A stretch of DNA of 64,000 bases from a bacterium (GCA_017458675.1 JAFTAM010000176.1:2282-66281); one strand, 5' to 3'. Numbered from the stretch's first letter, positions 27,749-37,344 are shown. A program made the numbers and translations. Notes: generated by a model from the letters alone, not told the origin.

Positions 27749-27792
27749 TGAGCCTGATGTTTGTCAGCTCCTTCGCTGCGCTCATAAAGACA

Positions 27793-27855
27793 AAAAAAAG
27801 CGGCGCGCTGCTTTCCTCAAAAAAAACAGTACGCGCCGCCTCCCGTTTTCCCCGG
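27793..27855. terminator. Possible bidirectional terminator between convergent genes
   Basis: GCGGCGCGC (27800-27808) pairs perfectly with GCGCGCCGC (27832-27840), flanked by an A8 run and a T-rich stretch. The loop is long (23 nt), hence low confidence. Confidence 0.35.
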
Positions 27856-27884
27856 CTGACTCATCCCCAAATAAAGCCTGCTGT

Positions 27885-28217
27885 TCAGCAGCAATGATGC
27901 TGGAACATCAAATACGCTACAAAAACCTCGGCTGCAGAGCCCAGCACCGTGCTGATAAGCGCGCCCGCAGCCGCAGCTTTGGCGCGCTCCGGATTGCTCT
28001 TTCGATAGACAAACCATATTATAAAGCCGAAACATCCCAGCAAGAAGCCGAAAATTCTCCAAAACCAGAGGCTTTGCGGCAGGGCTGAGTTTTCCTCATC
28101 GCCTTCGAAACTGTAACTGTTTCCTGTCGGCTTCGCCATTTCCGCAGTACTGATGCCGCAGTCCGGGCAGCAGACCGCTCCGTCGTAAAGTTCTTTATGA
28201 CATTCGGGACAAATCAT
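27885..28217 (-). CDS. Zinc-ribbon domain membrane protein, paralog 1
   Basis: N-terminal MICPECHKELYDGAVCCPDCG (4-Cys ribbon). C-terminal two TM helices. Confidence 0.5.
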   Translation of the reverse strand: MICPECHKELYDGAVCCPDCGISTAEMAKPTGNSYSFEGDEENSALPQSLWFWRIFGFLLGCFGFIIWFVYRKSNPERAKAAAAGALISTVLGSAAEVFVAYLMFQHHCC

Positions 28218-28228
28218 AATAATAACCT

Positions 28229-28453
28229 TTATTCCGCCAGCTGAGATATTACATCCAAATGCATAATTACGAAAATCAGTACAAATACAAATACCATCGC
28301 CAACAAAATCCAGGGAACAATCGCCGTGATTTTCTTATGCTTCTCTCCTCCGGCAGAGCTGTCAATTCTATTCATATCGGCAGCGCTTATGCCGCATTCC
28401 GGGCAGCAGACCGCTCCGTCGTAAAGCTCCTTATGACACTGAGGGCAAATCAT
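28229..28453 (-). CDS. Zinc-ribbon domain membrane protein, paralog 2
   Basis: AAGGAG RBS. N-terminal MICPQCHKELYDGAVCCPECG is near-identical to paralog 1. Single C-terminal TM helix. Confidence 0.5.
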   Translation of the reverse strand: MICPQCHKELYDGAVCCPECGISAADMNRIDSSAGGEKHKKITAIVPWILLAMVFVFVLIFVIMHLDVISQLAE

Positions 28454-28529
28454 TTTTTTCTGCGCTCCTTAAAAAAAGCGGTCCAAGCCTTCTTTTCTGA
28501 AAGGCCTGAACCGCCGCAAGCTTAAGGCT

Positions 28530-29756
28530 CTATTTAACCTGGGTCCAGTCGGTTCCGTTAAGATTGGGATCGGAGTTAGGATTAAACAGGTTGGAATCGG
28601 TATTTATGACCTGTCCGTTGCTGTTTACCCAGGCATTATTGTAATTATTGTCTGTCTGAACAGTAGACGAAGGATCATAGGGATTAGCCACGTCGGTCTT
28701 CTCGGTAATGACTTCGTGCCAGCCCTGACGGACGCGATCCTGAGTAGCCGCCGTGCTTTGGTTTATCTGATTTTGAATATTATTTATATGATTATTCTTG
28801 TCCTGAATGATCTTATTCACGTTGCTCATATGATCAGCTGTCTGCTGATTAACCTGATTGTTGTACTGAACGCCATACTGGAAAAACTGATCGTGCTTTT
28901 TGCAGGAAGCCAGTATCTGCTGCAAAGATTTCGACTCCTGCTGCAGCAGCGAAGCCGGCGCCACAATTCCGTAGCTGGACTGATTGATAACGTCATGCAT
29001 CATCACCCGGCCGGCATTTCTCTCGGTGCACATCAGATAGCAAACCACCTCGGCCTTATAAGGCTGGCCGTTGCAGGTCATAGAAAACGTCACATGATAT
29101 TTCATAGGCATACAGTTAAGCTGAATGAGCGGACTGCTGCTCTGCTTCATCATCTGAATAACCTGACGATTTTCCGGAGTATCGTTGGGAGTCAGCTGCG
29201 AAGAAGTCACCTGAACGTTCTGCATGTTTAAGAACGGCTCCAGATCCTTGAGCAGCGAGAAGGCCAAAGCATTGTTCTGCAAAACCGGAGAATTTCTGAC
29301 CGGACCTATGCCTTGAGCGCTCATCGTGAAATTGTTGAAGGCGGCGCTTCCGGTCTGACGGTTGACAAACACGCTCTGCCAGGTTATGGGCTTCATTGAA
29401 AAGCGCAGAACCCGACCGGTACCCTGCCAGCCTGCCGGCAGAGAATAGGATTCAACCGGTAAATTGGTAACCTGATCTATCAGAGTGAACTGAGATGAAG
29501 CTGTCTGTGTACTCACCTGCTGCGCCTGACCTCCCATATTTCCGTTGTTTTCCGGCACATAAGCCTGCTGTCCGCCGGACATATTATTTGCGCTGCCCGC
29601 CTCTGCACCGCCGTCAGCCGGTTCGGTAACGGCGACATCCTCGCCGTCTTCGTCGCCGCCCAAATCGCTCAGCGCATCCAGAGTCTGCTGACTGCAGCCG
29701 AACAAACAGGAGCATAAAACTAAAGAAATAGCTAATTTTCCGTATTTTATCTGCAT
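28530..29756 (-). CDS. Lipoprotein with Gln/Asn-rich C-terminal region, function unknown
   Basis: Signal/lipobox LCSCLFGCSQ. The C-terminal third is N/Q-rich (NNHINNIQNQINQ...). Confidence 0.5.
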   Translation of the reverse strand: MQIKYGKLAISLVLCSCLFGCSQQTLDALSDLGGDEDGEDVAVTEPADGGAEAGSANNMSGGQQAYVPENNGNMGGQAQQVSTQTASSQFTLIDQVTNLPVESYSLPAGWQGTGRVLRFSMKPITWQSVFVNRQTGSAAFNNFTMSAQGIGPVRNSPVLQNNALAFSLLKDLEPFLNMQNVQVTSSQLTPNDTPENRQVIQMMKQSSSPLIQLNCMPMKYHVTFSMTCNGQPYKAEVVCYLMCTERNAGRVMMHDVINQSSYGIVAPASLLQQESKSLQQILASCKKHDQFFQYGVQYNNQVNQQTADHMSNVNKIIQDKNNHINNIQNQINQSTAATQDRVRQGWHEVITEKTDVANPYDPSSTVQTDNNYNNAWVNSNGQVINTDSNLFNPNSDPNLNGTDWTQVK

Positions 29757-29947
29757 ATTATCTCCCCGCGGACTTCCTCCGCCTCATGGCTGATTTTTTA
29801 TTAAGTTCAATATTGCTTGCCGAAAACTTCTTAAAATCAGAACCTTAGACGTCATTTTTTTCTTTTTTTCAGCCGGACGCACAAACTTTTCAAAACTGCG
29901 ATCAGAAAAGCCGACAGTGGAACAAAGCCCCGCTTACCGAGAGACGT

Positions 29948-30823
29948 CTAAACAAACCTCTCCCACTGCATATCCAGCTCTTCAAAAAAAGCCTTGCCGT
30001 CGCTTCCCAGCTTCTGAACAGCCAAAGCTTTAGCTTCATAAGAGACGGCAAGTTCCAGATCGTCGGCTAAACTGACCAGCTTTTTATTTAGTTCCAGCTG
30101 AGCCCGGCTGTCGGCAATGAGGTTGGCGAAGCGCTCGCCGGCCAGGCGGGGATTGGCCAAAAGCTTTTCCAGACTGCCGGCCGTCTTCAATATTTTAGCC
30201 GCCGTCTTAGGGCCGACGCCCTTTATGCCGATAATATTGTCGCAGGAATCGCCCTGCAGAGCCAGCCAGTCGCCGATAAGTTCCGGAGGAACCCCGTAAC
30301 GCTTTTCACAGGTCTCTTTATCGACATAATGCTCCATCTTATTAGCATGAGCGTCGGGAACAATAATGGCAATATCGCCCTCAAGAGCCGTCAGCTGCGC
30401 CAAATCCTTATCTTTGGAAATAACGCGAACCCGCCAGCCTTCTTCCTTCAGAATCCGGCGCGCAATGGAAGCGATCACGTCGTCGGCCTCATAACCGGGC
30501 TTATTGACGGTAACAAAGCCCATCTTTTCGCACATTTCAATAGCCTTGGGGATCTGCAGCTTCAGACTGGGATCGACCTCCGGCCGGTTGGCCTTATAAA
30601 TAGGCGACAGCTCCTTGCGAAAGGCAGGTTCCTCCGATTCAAAGGCGCAGACGCAGTACTGCATGGGCAGATTCTTGCGCATATGCGTCAGAGCCGAGGC
30701 CAGTCCGTATAAAGCGCCGGTGGGAAAACCGGAGCGGCTGTGCAGTTTGCTGTTTTCCAGGGCATAAAAGCTCTTAAATAACAGATACATTGTATCTACA
30801 ATATATAAAGTATCGGAAAGCAT
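29948..30823 (-). CDS. 5'-3' exonuclease (Pol I N-terminal-type, standalone; 53EXO plus H3TH)
   Basis: Has YIVDTMYLLFKSFYA, YEADDVIASIA, and the H3TH segment GIKGVGPKTAAKIL. Confidence 0.8.
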   Translation of the reverse strand: MLSDTLYIVDTMYLLFKSFYALENSKLHSRSGFPTGALYGLASALTHMRKNLPMQYCVCAFESEEPAFRKELSPIYKANRPEVDPSLKLQIPKAIEMCEKMGFVTVNKPGYEADDVIASIARRILKEEGWRVRVISKDKDLAQLTALEGDIAIIVPDAHANKMEHYVDKETCEKRYGVPPELIGDWLALQGDSCDNIIGIKGVGPKTAAKILKTAGSLEKLLANPRLAGERFANLIADSRAQLELNKKLVSLADDLELAVSYEAKALAVQKLGSDGKAFFEELDMQWERFV

Positions 30824-30895
30824 CTTTTTTCCTTATCTGCTGAAATTGTCTGCCGTCAAAGCGTCTGCCTCGGGCGGCGCGTTTTCCCATCCGGT

Positions 30896-31495
30896 TCAGG
30901 GCTGAGCTTTCTTTGCCCGGCCGAAAACCTGAGAAACGACGATCTCCTTTTCGCCGAAATCGAATAAATTATTGACCTCGCCTACAGACTGATAGCAGAC
31001 TACATTGCCTAAACCGACCGAAGCGCAGTAAAGAGCGGCGCTCTGATACATGGAACCGGCATGCATTCCGGCAAAGCGATCGCCTTTAGGAGCCGCATAA
31101 TAGAACATAAGCGGCGCTTCTTTAAAACGGCCCGCTCTGGCGTCGCCCTTCTTCTTCAGGATCAGGGTATTATTTTCGGGATCGTAAAGCCAAAGTCCGG
31201 AAGCGTCGGCAACATAAACGTCCATATTGCGCTTGTTCATCGCCGTCGGCACGGTGCGCTTCCCGTCTTTCCGGTTTACTCCGTAAGCGGCCCACAGCAG
31301 GTTGCTCAGTTCCTGCCGCGGCAGGGGATCGGGCAGAAAGTTCCGCTCGGTGTGTCTCTCGTTCAAAACCGTCATAATTCCCTGACCTCCGCTGCGCACA
31401 GGAGCGGGCAGGCTGACAACCGTATCGCCGGCGCTGCAGGCAGAAGCCATAAATGCAGTCATAGCCAGGGTCAGACACCAGTTTCTGAAATTCAT
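30896..31495 (-). CDS. Nitroreductase-family protein with signal peptide/lipobox
   Basis: Lipobox FMASACSAG. Core LNERHTERNFLPDPLPRQELSNLLWAAYG is typical of the nitroreductase fold. Confidence 0.55.
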   Translation of the reverse strand: MNFRNWCLTLAMTAFMASACSAGDTVVSLPAPVRSGGQGIMTVLNERHTERNFLPDPLPRQELSNLLWAAYGVNRKDGKRTVPTAMNKRNMDVYVADASGLWLYDPENNTLILKKKGDARAGRFKEAPLMFYYAAPKGDRFAGMHAGSMYQSAALYCASVGLGNVVCYQSVGEVNNLFDFGEKEIVVSQVFGRAKKAQP

Positions 31496-31543
31496 ATATC
31501 TTTAAACCTCCGCATTAAGGGAAGTTTTAAAGAAAACGGCATA

Positions 31544-32140
31544 CTAACCTTTTTTTGAGCTGAATTTTTTAAGTATGGGCTCAGTAATCTTCAGAACCTG
31601 CAGAGAGAGCAGACCGAACAAAACGCCTATGGCCGTTCTCGAGACAATTACAAAAAGCAGCACGGCCGCCAAAGACCAGCCGCCGGCCGGACCGAGCTGA
31701 GACAGCCGCCGGCAGACGGCGGAAAAATCGCCGCCCATAAATATAACTCCGTTGATCAGCCCGCATAAAAAAGCCAAAATCCCTGCCGCCGTTCCGGCGA
31801 GACACGTACTTTTACGGTTTATGCCGCCTGCGGAGAGAATCAAATCAATTGCCAGAGCTTCCAGAACAATACAGTAAAGAGCAAAGAGCTTAAAGCCGCC
31901 GGTTATGGCATAATTTACAAAGGCCGTGGCAAAACCGCACATTGTCACCGCTCCGAAGCGGCGCAGCCTGGAAAACAGCAGCACATAAACCAGAAGATTC
32001 AGTCCCACCATAACCGAGCCTTTTAAAGAAAAGCCGATCACATGCAGAAGATTTCCTACCGAAAGCTCCAAAACTGAATTGCAGGCGGTCAGCGCCGCAA
32101 TAAGAGTGATATCGCTCGCCGAATATCTCAGCTTTTTCAC
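31544..32140 (-). CDS. Polytopic small membrane protein (ECF-transporter S-component-like)
   Basis: 198 aa with 5-6 predicted hydrophobic helices. The assignment is by size and topology only. Confidence 0.35.
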   Translation of the reverse strand: MKKLRYSASDITLIAALTACNSVLELSVGNLLHVIGFSLKGSVMVGLNLLVYVLLFSRLRRFGAVTMCGFATAFVNYAITGGFKLFALYCIVLEALAIDLILSAGGINRKSTCLAGTAAGILAFLCGLINGVIFMGGDFSAVCRRLSQLGPAGGWSLAAVLLFVIVSRTAIGVLFGLLSLQVLKITEPILKKFSSKKG

Positions 32141-32158
32141 GCCATAAAAAGACCTAAC

Positions 32159-32524
32159 TTAAAGAATCTGCTCTTTGGGAACTGCCTCCAGCTCAATACA
32201 AAAATCCGCAAAGGCAGCCTGCGCCTCCCCGTTTACCCGGCGCAGGATCTTCTCGTAGGCCTCCAAAAACCGGCGGGCCTCCTTCGTGAGTTCCGAGCCG
32301 CCGTGCTGAGCGCCGCCGATAAATTTGTCCATCAGCTTAAAGCCCAGCATGCTTTCCAGCTTCTTTAAAATGTTATGAGCCTTGGCATAGGACATGCCCA
32401 TTTCCAAGGCTGCCTGGCGAATCGAGCCGAACTCCTCCACCTTTTTCAGCAAAGCATAGGGGCCGGGGCCCATAAACTTGTTGCCGTCCTTGTCGCGAAG
32501 CTGCACATTTACGCGTATATTCAT
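32159..32524 (-). CDS. ModE-N-terminal-like winged HTH regulator (short form)
   Basis: Start at ATG 32524 (GGAG RBS); the upstream part of the track ORF is rejected. Has GSIRQAALEMGMSYAKAHNILKKLESMLG, matching the ModE/LysR-type wHTH. Confidence 0.55.
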   Translation of the reverse strand: MNIRVNVQLRDKDGNKFMGPGPYALLKKVEEFGSIRQAALEMGMSYAKAHNILKKLESMLGFKLMDKFIGGAQHGGSELTKEARRFLEAYEKILRRVNGEAQAAFADFCIELEAVPKEQIL

Positions 32525-32781
32525 ATTTTTATATCTCCAAAAGAGCGTGATTCTTTTCTTTGTATAACGGGAAAAGCCTTCTGCCTGCCGCTCTGAGCGA
32601 AGCGGCAAGTCTTCACAGTATAAGCGTGAAAGGCGCTTAGCCGGAAGCTCAGGACGGCATAAAGCGATCATGCCGAGCGAAGCGAAAAACAGCGCCGCTC
32701 CTGCGCTCCGGCTCCTGCTCTGACGGCTCGGAACCGCAGACTTCGCCCGGAACAGAGGCTTCTTCTCCCGAGCTTTCTCAT

Positions 32782-34212
32782 TTACCAATCGGAGCTTCTG
32801 ATTTCTATATTGGGTTCGCTTACCGCTTTTTCAACTTCATCTCCGACGCTGTCGGGAACGTCTATCAAAACCGTAACCAGACGATCGAAGGTCTTTATCT
32901 GCGCCTTGTCCTTCAGAATATCCGCAGCCGCTTTTGAAAACTCCTGAGCGTCAAAATCGCTGTCCCAGACCGACGACCAAATCACAAAGCTTTCGCCCTC
33001 GGCAGGTTCGCTCTGCGCCTCGGCTTCGGCGTCCTTCTCCGAGCTCGGCGCCGCCGCTTCCCCGACGTTTCTGCGGTAAACCCGCCAAGTGTCGCCTCCC
33101 CAGCCTCGGCCTGCGGAAATCGCATTGTTCTCCGGCAGGAACTTTTCCGCCCAGGCCCTGATGACATACTCGCCGGCGCTGTCGTCGCCCAGGGAGACAT
33201 ACTCTCCGAAGGCCTCGGGCAGGCGGCTCATATCGACGACCTTGGGGGCGTCGACATTTTTGACGTACTTCAGGGGATGGAGAATATATTCGGTAGAGGC
33301 GGGAATCTGTCTGAATATCCTGTTGATTCCGGCCTGTCCCTGCTGGTCAGCCACGGTCTTGCGGAATTCCAGACCCTGCAGATAAGGCATGAGCGCCAGA
33401 GCGCGCACGATAAAAGGCGAATTTTTCAGCTGAGGATACTGATTTATGGCATTTTGAATCAAATTGGAGGAGCTGAAAATATAATCGGTCACCATGGAAG
33501 AATTTATTCCCATGGCAGAGCCGACATAATCGAACATAGCCGCCGTGGCGTCGCCCTCGGCCGCCGCCATGGCCGCCAGCTCCCGGTCAAGGTTGCCGTC
33601 GGCTTTCATAATGCTGTCGCCCAAATTAAAATTTTGATCCTGCAGAGCGTGACAGAGTTCATGAACTAAAAATATATCGCCTAAATTTATATTGAAATGA
33701 TCCAAAAGCTTGACGACGGTTTTATTTAGGCTGGGCTCCTCCAAAATATCGGTGACGACCAGAAGGACCTTTCCGACCGTATCGTAGAGTCCGCGCACCT
33801 GGTCGGAATAGAGCAGTTCGCTGCATTTGGCGAAGATCTGTTCCTTGTTCAAAAGCAGCAGATGATGGAAGAAATCGTCGCGTCTCTGTTCCGCGGCGGG
33901 ATTTCCGTATTTTTTATTGACGTCCTTAATATAGTCTCCAGCCTGTCGCAGAGTGCAGAAATTGCACTGAACGTCCTTGTTGAACTTCAGACCGCGCACT
34001 TTTTCCAAATCCTGCATTAAAACCGCAATGCGCCGGCGCTCTCCGGGATCGTTTCTGCCGGTACAGGTCACTCCGGCCTTGCGGACGCCCTGAGCGGATC
34101 CGTCGCCGGGGACAGGCTGAGCGCAGACCGAAGCTGAACCGACAAGGGAGAGGCCCAGAATCAGGCTGAGCCAAAAGTTTTTATCAAAAATTCCTGTTTT
34201 GCTTATATTCAT
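32782..34212 (-). CDS. Secreted protein with HExxH motif (putative zinc metallopeptidase)
   Basis: Signal peptide. Single HELCH zinc-binding-type motif. No further family assignment. Confidence 0.4.
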   Translation of the reverse strand: MNISKTGIFDKNFWLSLILGLSLVGSASVCAQPVPGDGSAQGVRKAGVTCTGRNDPGERRRIAVLMQDLEKVRGLKFNKDVQCNFCTLRQAGDYIKDVNKKYGNPAAEQRRDDFFHHLLLLNKEQIFAKCSELLYSDQVRGLYDTVGKVLLVVTDILEEPSLNKTVVKLLDHFNINLGDIFLVHELCHALQDQNFNLGDSIMKADGNLDRELAAMAAAEGDATAAMFDYVGSAMGINSSMVTDYIFSSSNLIQNAINQYPQLKNSPFIVRALALMPYLQGLEFRKTVADQQGQAGINRIFRQIPASTEYILHPLKYVKNVDAPKVVDMSRLPEAFGEYVSLGDDSAGEYVIRAWAEKFLPENNAISAGRGWGGDTWRVYRRNVGEAAAPSSEKDAEAEAQSEPAEGESFVIWSSVWDSDFDAQEFSKAAADILKDKAQIKTFDRLVTVLIDVPDSVGDEVEKAVSEPNIEIRSSDW

Positions 34213-34302
34213 ATATCCAACCTTAAACAGAAAGCAAATTTAAATTCCTCAAACATAAAGAGGCGGCTTCGCCGACGAAACCGCCTCTCAGACTGCAGCA
34301 GC

Positions 34303-35538
34303 CTACTTAATTTTGCTCAGGTCAAAATCGACCCGCACGGGGCGGTGATCGCTGGCCGCGCCTGCCTCCTGGGTATTGTAGACTCTGGCGCTTCCGGGCA
34401 CGACCGCCGGCTTAAGCCTGTTGTTTACAAAGATGTAATCCAAAGCCGATTTGTAGCGCTTGCTGAAGAACGACAGGCGGCGCTCCCTGGGCAAATGGCC
34501 CAGAACGTCGGTCAGGAAGGGACAGGTCGTAAGAGGCTTGAGGGCCTTGGAATCGGGCTCGTCGTTAAGATCGCCGCAGATAGCCACCGGCAGAGACTGC
34601 AGACCTTCGGCTATTTCCACCACTCTCTGAGCCTGCTGAAAACGCTTGGCGTCGCTTTCCTCGCCGCCCAGCTTACTCTTTAAATGATTGACCAAAAGCG
34701 TAAAGTTGCTGGTATGCTTGAAATGAACCTCCAGACAGTCGCGGGAAAAAGCGCCCCGGCTTCCGTTCGAGCCGAAGCGGTCCTTGGCATGGCTGACATA
34801 GTTCCTGATCGGAATCTTGGACATCACGCCCACGTTAATGCCGCGGATCTTGTCGTTGCCGGGATAAAAAACTATATAAGGATATCCGCTGCGTTCGGCC
34901 AGGTCTTCCAGACAGCCCTGCGTCTCAATTTCCTGAACGCCCACGATATCGGCGTTGATACCTTTAATTACGCCGCCGAGCCGGTTGAGCTTATCTCCGT
35001 ACTGGCGTTCGCTGAGCACCTCGTCCTTATAGTAATCGTCGTTGGTATCAAAGAAATTCTCCAGGTTCCAGGTCGCCATGCTGATTTTGGAGCGGTCAGA
35101 GACCTTCGTGCCTTCGGCGATATCGGTTCCCTTCCGATTGGACTTTCCGGAAGCCTTTTTATCGGCGGATTCAGCCTTCTTTTTGGAATGCTTTTTGCCT
35201 TTATCCGATTTACGTCCGGAATCGTTTTTCCGGTTGGCGGAATCTGAAGCGGCGCTCCCGTCTGCCTTATCGCCGGCGGCGGAAGTCTTTTCGGGGCTCT
35301 GCGCCTCCTCATACCCGTCGGCCTTTTCGCTGCCGGCGGAAGCCTCTTCGGATTCCTGCGCTTCCTCATGCTTTTCGGCCGGGTCGTTATTTTCAGCCCT
35401 GTCCTGGGCCGGGATTCTGTTTCCGGAATCTGCAGAGCCGTTCTCTCCGGGCTCGGTGCAGGCGCTCAGACACAGACCCGAAAACGCCATGGCCAGAAAA
35501 GTTCCCAAAACATATTTTTTTACAAAAGAGAACGACAT
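34303..35538 (-). CDS. Endonuclease/exonuclease/phosphatase (EEP) family lipoprotein with acidic then Lys-rich N-terminal linker
   Basis: Lipobox GLCLSACT. About 150-aa low-complexity linker. Catalytic domain ISMATWNLENFFD...IVGVQEIE...ICGDLND...SDHRPV. Confidence 0.7.
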   Translation of the reverse strand: MSFSFVKKYVLGTFLAMAFSGLCLSACTEPGENGSADSGNRIPAQDRAENNDPAEKHEEAQESEEASAGSEKADGYEEAQSPEKTSAAGDKADGSAASDSANRKNDSGRKSDKGKKHSKKKAESADKKASGKSNRKGTDIAEGTKVSDRSKISMATWNLENFFDTNDDYYKDEVLSERQYGDKLNRLGGVIKGINADIVGVQEIETQGCLEDLAERSGYPYIVFYPGNDKIRGINVGVMSKIPIRNYVSHAKDRFGSNGSRGAFSRDCLEVHFKHTSNFTLLVNHLKSKLGGEESDAKRFQQAQRVVEIAEGLQSLPVAICGDLNDEPDSKALKPLTTCPFLTDVLGHLPRERRLSFFSKRYKSALDYIFVNNRLKPAVVPGSARVYNTQEAGAASDHRPVRVDFDLSKIK

Positions 35539-35718
35539 AGTATAACCTCAGTAAATACAAGGTACAGCCTGGGCCTTTTTGCCGAAAAGCCGACAAAAAT
35601 CGGAACGGCGGCTGAAGACGGCGCGGGAGCTGCCGCGGCTTTGAAGCTGGCGCTCAGCGTCCCGTACGGCGGCTGAGCGGCTCGGTCTCCTCAGAAGCTG
35701 AAATCCGCGGAGAAAAGT

Positions 35719-36159
35719 CTATTTGGCAGGAGCGGGGGCCGCGGCTCCCTGAGCGGGCGCGCCGGCCTTCTGATTGGCGGCGCCGGCCGGAGCCTTGGTA
35801 TCGGCAGGCTTAGCGTCCTTTTGGGCCTGATTATTTGCCGCGGCTTTCTTGTCGGCAGAACCGACGTCTTTTTTATGGCGGTTCCTGCCCTTATTTGCTC
35901 TGCGGCTTCTATGCTTACGATTTAAAGACTTGGAGCCTCTCTTGCCGGCCCTTCTGCCCTTAACCCTCTTGCCTTTTTTAGACTTCTTGTGCTTGCCTGC
36001 CTTGCTCTTCTTCTGAGCCTTATCGCTTACTCCGGCCTTACTTCCGGAATCTGCGGAACCGCCCTCGCCGGACACGGTGCAGGCGCTCAGACAAAGACCG
36101 GAAACCGCCATGGCAAAGACGGCTCCCAAAAAATACTTTTTCAAAAACGATAACGACAT
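35719..36159 (-). CDS. Lys/Arg-rich lipoprotein; truncated paralog of the N-terminal part of the EEP lipoprotein
   Basis: Signal peptide MSLSFLKKYFLGAVFAMAVSGLCLSACT is near-identical to MSFSFVKKYVLGTFLAMAFSGLCLSACT of 34303-35538. The remainder is a K/R-rich tail. The upstream ~120 nt is also duplicated. Confidence 0.5.
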   Translation of the reverse strand: MSLSFLKKYFLGAVFAMAVSGLCLSACTVSGEGGSADSGSKAGVSDKAQKKSKAGKHKKSKKGKRVKGRRAGKRGSKSLNRKHRSRRANKGRNRHKKDVGSADKKAAANNQAQKDAKPADTKAPAGAANQKAGAPAQGAAAPAPAK

Positions 36160-36178
36160 GATATAACCTCAGATTAAA

Positions 36179-37030
36179 TTACAGTACGGAAGGGACCTTA
36201 TTTCCGAAAAGCTGATAAACATTGGAATGACGGCGGCTGAAGACGATATCGGCAAGCTCGATGGCTTCAAAGCTTCCGCTCACCATTCTGGCTTCCAGCT
36301 TGATTCCGCGCTGCTCCCCTATGCCGCACAGATTGTAGACGGCTAAAATTTCATTGGCTTCCTCAAGGCTGCCGGCGGCAAAAGTGCGTCTTTGCTCTAC
36401 AGGCTGCTGATATTCAGGCTTAACGACGCCGGCCAGAATCTCTTCGCTGCATTCCAGGCAGAGGCTTTTGCATACTTCCCTGAAGACGTCTTCCCAGCGG
36501 CTGATAATAATCGGACACTCTTCGGTAATTTCCCGGTTATGATCGGACTGATGGCAGGAATGGAAAACGGAATCATAGACGGCCTTTCCTTCCTCAGACA
36601 CCTTGCCGATAACGAAAAATTCGCAGAGCATAGTCGAAGAAATCAGCCACTGCCACTTCTGCTCGCGGGAAAATTCAGGATTGTATTCGCTGTCCTTGTG
36701 AGCGGTCAGCATCTGCAGTTCAAAGCCTGCTCCGGGCAGCTGAGCGGCGCAGCTCTCCAGCCTGCCGAACAGCAGTTCAAAGGTCGGCGACTCGCTGATT
36801 TCTCTGACGGGCGCTTTATAAATAAAGTCGCGCGTATCGGCGTTGATCCTGCAGTTTTCGCCGGCAAAAGCCTTTTTTAAGACAGCCAGCTGCGCGTCGT
36901 CCGCGTACTGCACAATCAGCTCATAGCTCCAAAAAGAGGAGTCGTTTTTTATTAAATCGATTTCATGCTCGATGCGATAGGCTTTCGCATAATAGCGTAT
37001 AAATTTAGAAAAAAGCTCAGGTAAAATCAT
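36179..37030 (-). CDS. Hypothetical cytoplasmic protein
   Basis: 283-aa ORF with coding-like composition and no recognised motifs. Confidence 0.4.
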   Translation of the reverse strand: MILPELFSKFIRYYAKAYRIEHEIDLIKNDSSFWSYELIVQYADDAQLAVLKKAFAGENCRINADTRDFIYKAPVREISESPTFELLFGRLESCAAQLPGAGFELQMLTAHKDSEYNPEFSREQKWQWLISSTMLCEFFVIGKVSEEGKAVYDSVFHSCHQSDHNREITEECPIIISRWEDVFREVCKSLCLECSEEILAGVVKPEYQQPVEQRRTFAAGSLEEANEILAVYNLCGIGEQRGIKLEARMVSGSFEAIELADIVFSRRHSNVYQLFGNKVPSVL

Positions 37031-37245
37031 AATCGGGCTTTATTCCACGCTTACGGTTTTATCCTGCTGAAAAAATGAGGCGATTGTCATTCCTCGCCCG
37101 TCTCGGACATATGCGCCCGGCAGTATGTTCCCGAACCGGATAAACGCCTGCCCCGCTCCGGCGGCACGACTGCAGCGTTCCCTCTCCGGCGGCGCTCCGA
37201 GCCGATAAAAATGAGTTTCCCAGCCTGCCGAAGAGCATATTTTAT

Positions 37246-37277
37246 TTGACATAAACGCTAAATTAAAGTAGTATAAA
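37246..37277 (+). promoter_or_regulatory. Candidate sigma-70-type promoter for the pfa locus
   Basis: TTGACA (37246-37251), 17-nt spacer, TAGTAT/TATAAA (37269-37277), about 70 nt upstream of pfaD ATG in an AT-rich leader. Confidence 0.4.
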
Positions 37278-37344
37278 TAGATTCATAATCGGCGGATTAT
37301 CTTCAGAATCCCATATTTATACAGAAGCAGAAAAGGAATAAAAT

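Noticed and set aside
32525-32788. N-terminal 88 codons of track ORF 32159-32788
   Set aside because: An internal ATG at 32524 with a GGAG RBS yields a 121-aa protein. That is the usual size of ModE-N-like wHTH proteins. The upstream extension is Arg/Ser-rich low complexity overlapping the repeat-containing intergenic region.
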